Positions 53,566-64,000 of a stretch of 64,000 bases of DNA are shown here, in pieces (position 1 is the stretch's first letter; every line of letters begins with the position of its first letter). Made by a program: the position numbers and the translations under genes. Source of the DNA: Dictyostelium discoideum. Taxonomy: Eukaryota. Where the stretch lies: the NCBI GenBank assembly GCA_000004695.1, contig CM000152.2, positions 1,888,001-1,952,000 of the forward strand, given 5' to 3'. The notes under the pieces are model-generated. The model searched no databases, was not told the DNA's origin, and worked only from the letters and a program-made list of their open reading frames with translations.

Positions 53566-56500
53566 TTAATTACCAAAAGATTGAAGTTTAAATTCATTTA
53601 AAAGTGGAGCAACAATTGTAAAAATTGAAGGACTATTTTTTGAAAGATTTGTAAAGAAATCAGAGAGATATTTAAGTAATTCAATATGATAGATTGGATC
53701 AGATTTTGAAATGATTTCAAAGGCATCTTCAGTGAATTCATCTTGTAAGTATTGGGCAAGATCATCATTATCATCATCACCAGCATAATCGATCATATGA
53801 GCGTATTCTTCAGCAGGGGCAAAACCATTTTCATCAACATTTGGATATCTCTTTGAAGTGGTTTCTTCATCATCTTCATCATCTTCATCCTCATCATCAT
53901 CATAGTCTTCATCAGAATCGTGATGATCTTGTGGTGTTGAATTTGCAGTACCATTTGAATTTTTAGCTAATTCCTCTTTCTCCAATTTAACAGTCTCTAA
54001 AAGATTTTCCATTATTTTGTTAAAGAGATTTACTTTTGTCCATTCTTCATTTAAACCGCCATTATATTGACTTTTCTTTCTTCTAATATCACGAGTTGAA
54101 CGATCTGGAATGATTTGTCTACCATCAATATTGATTGATTCTAAACGTGGATCATTTAAAGATACCAATGTACACATCGCAACGACTGAAACGTTATTTT
54201 CAAGTTTTGATGTCATTTCTAAATGATATTTTTGCCATTCATTTAAAACAAACACAAGTGCACTACCATTACCATTTGGACCAGGAATAGCGGCTAAATA
54301 ATCGATGATTGTAGTTTTATGTTGAATGATTAAACGAGCGAAAACTGAAGAGAAAGCTCTCTTTGTTGATGGTAATTTACAATTGTAAAATGCTTGAAGT
54401 GTAGATTCAAACAATGGTACTGTTTGAGCACCAATGATTTCACTATGTTTAACTAAAAGAGCACTGATGATTGATGGTACTTCAACATGAACCAATTCAT
54501 CAGTTTCAAAGAGTACACGTCTTAAAACCAAAAACAAACCATGTAAACCATTGATAGTGGTTGTTGTTGGTGTTGGTGTTGGTGGTGTTGCAGATTGAGT
54601 ATTTGAAGCACTAGTAAAAGTCCATTTCAACAAGAGATCGGATGAAGTTTTATAAACGAATGGTAAGAGAGTACATAATGATGCCTTGAGAATACCTCTA
54701 TTGGCTTGACAATCGCAAGTTAATAGAATATTTAAAATTGGTGAAAACAATTGATCCAAAAGGAATGAATCAATTTGTTGATCAACATTTGCAATCAATA
54801 GAGAGAGTACATCGGCAGCGGAATCGGCAATAGGATTGTACATTGGGTTTGTGTAATCGGAAAGGATGATATTTAGAGTTGGAATCATACGTTGTAAAAT
54901 ACCAGGATAAGATTTTGGACAAGCACAAATGATTTGGAAAATCTCTTTCAAAGCATCGCTAAACATTGGATCATTTCCATAGTTTATCCAAGCTTGTGAA
55001 AGATGAGGTATTAATAATGGTTCCAATTTGCCAGTGATATCCTTATCGATTTTAACCAACATTTTAATACAATCCAACACCAATAATAAACTATCCTCTG
55101 ACAATTGATTAATCATTGAAATCAATGCTTGAACTGTGGATGGAATATAATCTACAATGGATTGAGCGGAAATCTTTGGAGCAAAACTACCAATTGCCAT
55201 AACAGCAGTTAATTTCAAAGTGACTGGAATATTTTGAGTGATTAAAACGACTGCTTGGTTAAAGAATGGTAATGAAATTGAAGGATCGACTAATTTTGCA
55301 AATTTACTAGCACAAATCAATGAACGACCACGTAAAATCAAAGATCCTTGATCATTCTCATTGAGTGTACCTTGAAAATCTTGAATTAAATTGGTTGAAA
55401 GGAATGAAACTGCATCAAATTGTTTAATCTTTGATAATTGTTGAGATGAATCACAAAGGGCAACCAATGCAGCCTCTCTAATTTTCCACCATGAATTTGT
55501 ATTTTTGCTGTTTTTATTCTTTTCCTCTTGTGCTTTTATTAATGTCTCTGAAATGACTTCAAAGAGATATTTTGAACCTTCAGATTTATAAGTTTCACAC
55601 ATTGATTGAACCAATGAAGTTGAGACAACTCTTGGAGTATAAGTGGTATCATCTTCATTCTCTAAGAATAAATTTGGATCACTATCCCAAAGTTCAACCA
55701 ATTCATAGTTCATTTGCATATATTGAATAGAGTTTGCAAAGATTGGTTTCAAAAAAGGTTTGAATAATGGTGCCAATGTTTGATTGGAAACGATTTGTTG
55801 CATGAAATCAAAGATTGATGATACTAAACGATCGATCTTTGTGATACCTTCCTCTACGAAATTAGAAACTATACCATGCACTGGATTGATTTCAACCTTT
55901 TCATAGATTGGATAACAATTGTTAAAGAGTGTCCAAATTGGTGGTAGTATCTCTTGAATATATTTCGAGGTTTTCTTTGGGAAATCTTGAATTAACATTG
56001 TGAAGATCTCAACCATCGCTGACATTATAGTGAAATAATGATTGATATGTGGTGAACCTAAATCCAATACCCTTGATAAATGTCCCGTAAAAATGGGTAC
56101 CCATGTTGAAATGAATGGAAATAATGCCTTTGACAAACCTTTGGTTACACCCTTCATATAGGTTAAATGAGTCACTGTTGATCTAAATACATTAATAATT
56201 CTAATATGAATCATTGGATCAATATCTTTACCTAATAACTCTGAAAATACTGGATAAACTTGTTTAATTAATATTTCAATTTGTTCTTCTGATATATTAC
56301 CATCTTGTGGATCACATAATAATTCTAAACATCTAATTACACCATGTAATAAATCATTATTATTATTATTATTTGTATCATTATTATTTACTCTATTTAA
56401 ACATCCAATTAATTCGTCAACTAATTCTGGCCAATCATGTGGCCATTCATATGCTCCAATTTTCGCAATACACATTGCCTATTATTAAATAATAAAATAA

Positions 56501-56999
56501 ATATAATAAATATATATAAACAATATTGTTGTTGTTGTTGTTGTTCACCTATTAATTATATTTTTTTTGAAAAACTTACAATTGCTGTACGAATTTTTGA
56601 AGATGGATCTGATAAACATGGTGATAATAATTTTTTAATTTCGGTTTTTTCTTCTTTTGTTAAAACTCTATATTCTTTTGGTTGTTGTTGTTGTTGTTGT
56701 TGTAATTTCATTTGTTGTAATTGAATTTTTTCATGTTCATTTAAATTATCATCACCTTCTTCATCAGATTGAGAATCATTAAATTCATTCCAATGTTTAC
56801 TAATATATTTCTTTAATAGGATACCTGAAAATTGTCTATGAACCATATCAAATTGTTTATCGCTTGCTAACTTTGCTAATACAACTCCAAATCCAATTTC
56901 GTTGGTAATCTCTTCTAATTTATTTTCATAATGTTTATTCAATTTTGGATCATTCAATCCATTTATTAATTCTATAACATTCTCTATTGTAATTGTCAT
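53566..56999 (-). CDS. Importin-beta-family karyopherin (importin-9/Kap114-like). Two exons: 56580..56999 and 53566..56478, about 1110 aa.
   Basis: The importin-beta N-terminal domain is 'LNDPKLNKHYENKLEEITNEIGFGVVLAKLASDKQFDMVHRQFSGILLKKYISKHW', then '...IRTAI|AMCIAKIGAYEWPHDWPELV' across a GTAAGT...AATAG intron. The rest is a long HEAT/ARM-like helical body with an acidic insert (DEDYDDDEDEDDEDDEE). Confidence 0.7.
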
Positions 57000-57073
57000 C
57001 GTTTTGCTTATGGTTATGGTACTACTCTTTTTTTTTTTTTTTTAAATTAAAATCGAGTGAAAACCGACGAAGG

Positions 57074-57118
<45 letters not shown>

Positions 57119-57986
57119 AAAATTTTTAAAAAAAAAAATAAATAAAAAAAAAAAAAAATAAATAAAAATAAAAATATCAATGGGTGCAAACAAATCAATG
57201 AATATTTCAATTTTTTTTTTAACTTTAAATTTATTTTGCATAACTAAATGATGAATTTTTTTTTTTTGTTATTATTATTTTTCATTATTTTGTTTTTGTT
57301 GATAATATTTCAATATGTTATTATTATTATTATTATTATTATTGGTTGGTTAATATTTGAGTTTTATCTTCACCATCAGTGGATGACCCCACTATATTCT
57401 TTCCTTTGATAATTAAGTAAGTAAACTTTTACTGTTCCCTTTAGGTAAATGTTACATTCTCCAAGATTATCACGATTTTTAATTCCAAGAACTTGGCACT
57501 TTTTAATTTCTAATATTCATTGAAACATCCGAGTTTTTTCATTTGGTACAACGGAACACTTTACACCTTTTACTTGTGAAAAATATTTTTGAATTGGTTC
57601 CCTTTAATTTTATTTTATCAATTTGTTTCTTTTTTGTTTTGTTGTTGTTGTTGTTGTGCTTGTTACTAAAATATTTTTTCAAAAATTTTGTTTTTTTTTT
57701 TTTTTTTTTTTTTTCCCAGATTCCATTATATTTTTTTATTTTATTTTTTATTTTTAAAATTTTCTTTATTTGAAAGAAGTGATCTTTTATTGTAATCCAT
57801 TTTAATTTTTTTATTTTTTAATTTAAAAATTTTTTTTTTTTTTTTTTTTTTTTTTCAATTTTTTAATTTTATTTTTTTAACTAATTTTTTCATTTTCCCC
57901 TCTTATTTAACACATATATATACATATATATATATATTTATTTTTTCTTTTTTTTTTTCTTTTTTTTTACAAAAAAAAAAAACAAT

Positions 57987-62187
<4,201 letters not shown>

Positions 62188-62233
62188 ATAGTAAGAAAAT
62201 AAATAAAATCTTTAGGATAATTTTATTTTAAGA

Positions 62234-62279
<46 letters not shown>

Positions 62280-62280
<1 letters not shown>

Positions 62281-62329
62281 ATTTCAAGAAGTAATTTGAT
62301 TATAAACAGTCAAATTACTTCTTGAAATC
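62280..62329. other. Perfect inverted repeat: a 20-bp stem (gatttcaagaagtaatttga / tcaaattacttcttgaaatc) with a 10-nt loop, flanked by T(>40) upstream and A(11) downstream. A second 9-bp stem-loop follows at 62343-62368.
   Basis: Read directly. It lies between the convergent 3' ends of the CAP-G gene (stop 62187) and the GATA gene (stop 62418). Confidence 0.8.
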
Positions 62330-62417
62330 AAAAAAAAAAAACAATTGTAATTATAACCCATTACAATTTTTTTTTTTGTTTTTCTTTTTTTTTATTTTAT
62401 TTTATTTATAGTTTTTT

Positions 62418-63017
62418 TCAATTTAAAACATTTTTAATACTATGTTTTTCTTTTGATAATTTTTCTTTTTTTTTTTTTTTATAAATTTGTAAACCACAAG
62501 CATTACATAAATAAACGGTTTTATCACCATCTTTTCCTTTTCTCCAGTAAGGAGTTTCTTGGGTCTTGCATATACTACATCCACCTGGTCGTGGTTTGGC
62601 CATAGGCTTTAGTTTTTTAGAAGGAACCCTTTCTGAAGAAGAAGAAGATGTCGAAGAACTAGAAGAAGAATCTGAATCACTACTAGTTTCTTCTTCATCA
62701 TCCCCTTCTTCAAAATTTTCATTTCCAAAAAGATTTAAATGTTCAATTAATACAGATGGAGAAAGTGTTTGCTTTAAATTTGAATTTGGTGTTATAACAT
62801 TATTGTTTGGAGATGAAGTTGTAGTGGTTGTTGTGGTTGTTGTAGTTGTTGTAGTTGTATTTGTACTTGTGTTTTGAAGATTTCCAAAAGTATTTGTTGG
62901 TTGCACTCCATCAAGTTCTTTTAATTTATTAATATTATCTTCTAATAGATTCGTTAATTCTTGAGGTTTTATTAATGATTGTAAACTATTTTCTATATCA
63001 TTCAGAATCTGGTTTAA

Positions 63018-63059
<42 letters not shown>

Positions 63060-63163
63060 AGTATTTGTTTAAAATAAATTATAATTGTTTTGGAATTTGG
63101 AGAAAAAAAAAAATTACAGTTTTGTATAATAAATTTCTGTTAGTTTTATATTCACTATTATTA

Positions 63164-63216
<53 letters not shown>

Positions 63217-63240
63217 ATTATTATTATTATTATGAGCCAT
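62418..63240 (-). CDS. GATA-type zinc-finger transcription factor. Two exons: 63118..63240 (M-A-H-polyN...) and 62418..63008, about 237 aa.
   Basis: The C-terminal 'CSICKTQETPYWRKGKDGDKTVYLCNACGLQIYKK' is a C-x2-C-x17-C-x2-C GATA finger with a basic tail. Exon 1 is ATGGCTCAT(AAT)n...AAAACT followed by GTAATT, and the acceptor is AACCAG|ATT. The ORF-track start at 63020 is TTG. Confidence 0.7.
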
Positions 63241-63366
63241 TTTCCAAAGATTAATTAAAAAAACAAAATGAAAATTTTATTTTATTTTTTTGAACAAACA
63301 GTGTTGATCAATTTAATACCAAGAATTATAATTACTTGGAATAATTAAAATTTTAAGAATAACATT

Positions 63367-63402
<36 letters not shown>

Positions 63403-63641
63403 TTTTTTTTTTTTTTTTTTTTTTAATATTGATTTAATTTTTGATTGGTCTACAAAAATTTTTCTTTGAAAAAAAAATTAATAAAAAAAAAATTATTTAA
63501 AAAAAAAAAAAAAAAAAATTAAAATTACAATTGTTAAAGATATTTAAAAAATTAAGTTTCCAACTAATTCATACCTCCACATATTTAATTTTTTTTTAAA
63601 ACAGACCCAAAAATAAATTTTTTTTTTTTTTTTTTTTTTTT

Positions 63642-63680
<39 letters not shown>

Positions 63681-63807
63681 CAATTTTATTCACCAATTTC
63701 GTTTGAAATGCATTAAAATATCTTTTTATATATATATATTTATATATAAAAATATTAAAAAATAGTAATACTAATAATAATCAAAAATAAAAAAATAAAA
63801 TAAAAAA

Positions 63808-64000
63808 TGAATAATACAATCAAAAGTATTAAAATTTTTAATGTTGAAGATTTAAATGGAAAAAAAACAGAATTAGTATGGGTGAATGGACAATTGGTGG
63901 AAAGTTCATCAAAGTCAACTTTATTAAAACTCATATCTGATAAAAAAAGATTTTCAAATAGTCAAAGCTATGAAGAAATCCTTTCAAAATCAAAAATTAT
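63808..64000 (+). CDS. 5' part of an uncharacterised protein-coding gene (MNNTIKSIKIFNVEDLNGKKTELVWVNGQLVESSSKSTLLKLISDKKRFSNSQSYEEILSKSKI...), truncated by the window end.
   Basis: ATG at 63808 sits in coding-like composition after a 560-bp AT-rich intergenic region. It is divergent from the GATA gene. Confidence 0.35.

Overview
This window is nuclear DNA with every hallmark of Dictyostelium discoideum: about 75-80% AT, very long A/T homopolymers, AAT/CAA triplet repeats encoding poly-N/poly-Q, short very AT-rich introns with GTAAGT/GTATGT donors and AG acceptors, and (TTTA)n microsatellites. It is a gene-dense eukaryotic chromosomal segment of about 28 protein-coding genes with small introns. 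It is not a prokaryotic or accessory-island sequence, and I see no CRISPR array, phage/defence island, rRNA or convincing tRNA.

Genes I can support from conserved motifs read directly in the translations:
- Sac-domain phosphoinositide phosphatase (partial, runs off the window start)
- Mitochondrial cysteine desulfurase NFS1
- Phosphomannomutase
- CNDP/Dug1-like M20 dipeptidase
- Duplicated cluster of four small Gly/Cys-rich hssA/2C/7E-like genes, with an adjacent Fic-domain-like ORF
- CAX-type cation/H+ exchanger
- TM-anchored pseudokinase with a poly-Pro/WH2 tail
- Atypical small GTPase
- Tandem pair of flotillin/vacuolin-like SPFH paralogs
- GIGYF-like GYF protein
- CDC5L
- GPI ethanolamine-phosphate transferase PIG-N
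- RhoGAP with a C-terminal TM helix, plus a downstream coiled-coil ORF
- Cactin
- RRP1/Nop52
- SBP2-like L7Ae protein
- Roughly 1440-aa type-I surface glycoprotein
- Importin-9-like karyopherin
- Condensin subunit CAP-G
- GATA zinc-finger factor

Exon coordinates were derived by hand; most were cross-checked (mod 3) against the supplied ORF coordinates but may be off by 1-2 nt. Product names are inferred from sequence motifs only. The supplied ORF track accepts GTG/TTG as start codons, so several listed starts are not real ATGs. It also omits the long open minus-strand frame at about 1-2781, so it is neither exhaustive nor authoritative.

No planted or foreign system is evident. The most interesting loci are the hssA-like cluster with its Fic-like neighbour, the ambiguous RhoGAP/coiled-coil transcript structure, the TM-pseudokinase-WH2 architecture, a G-quadruplex motif, and a perfect 20-bp palindrome between two convergent genes.
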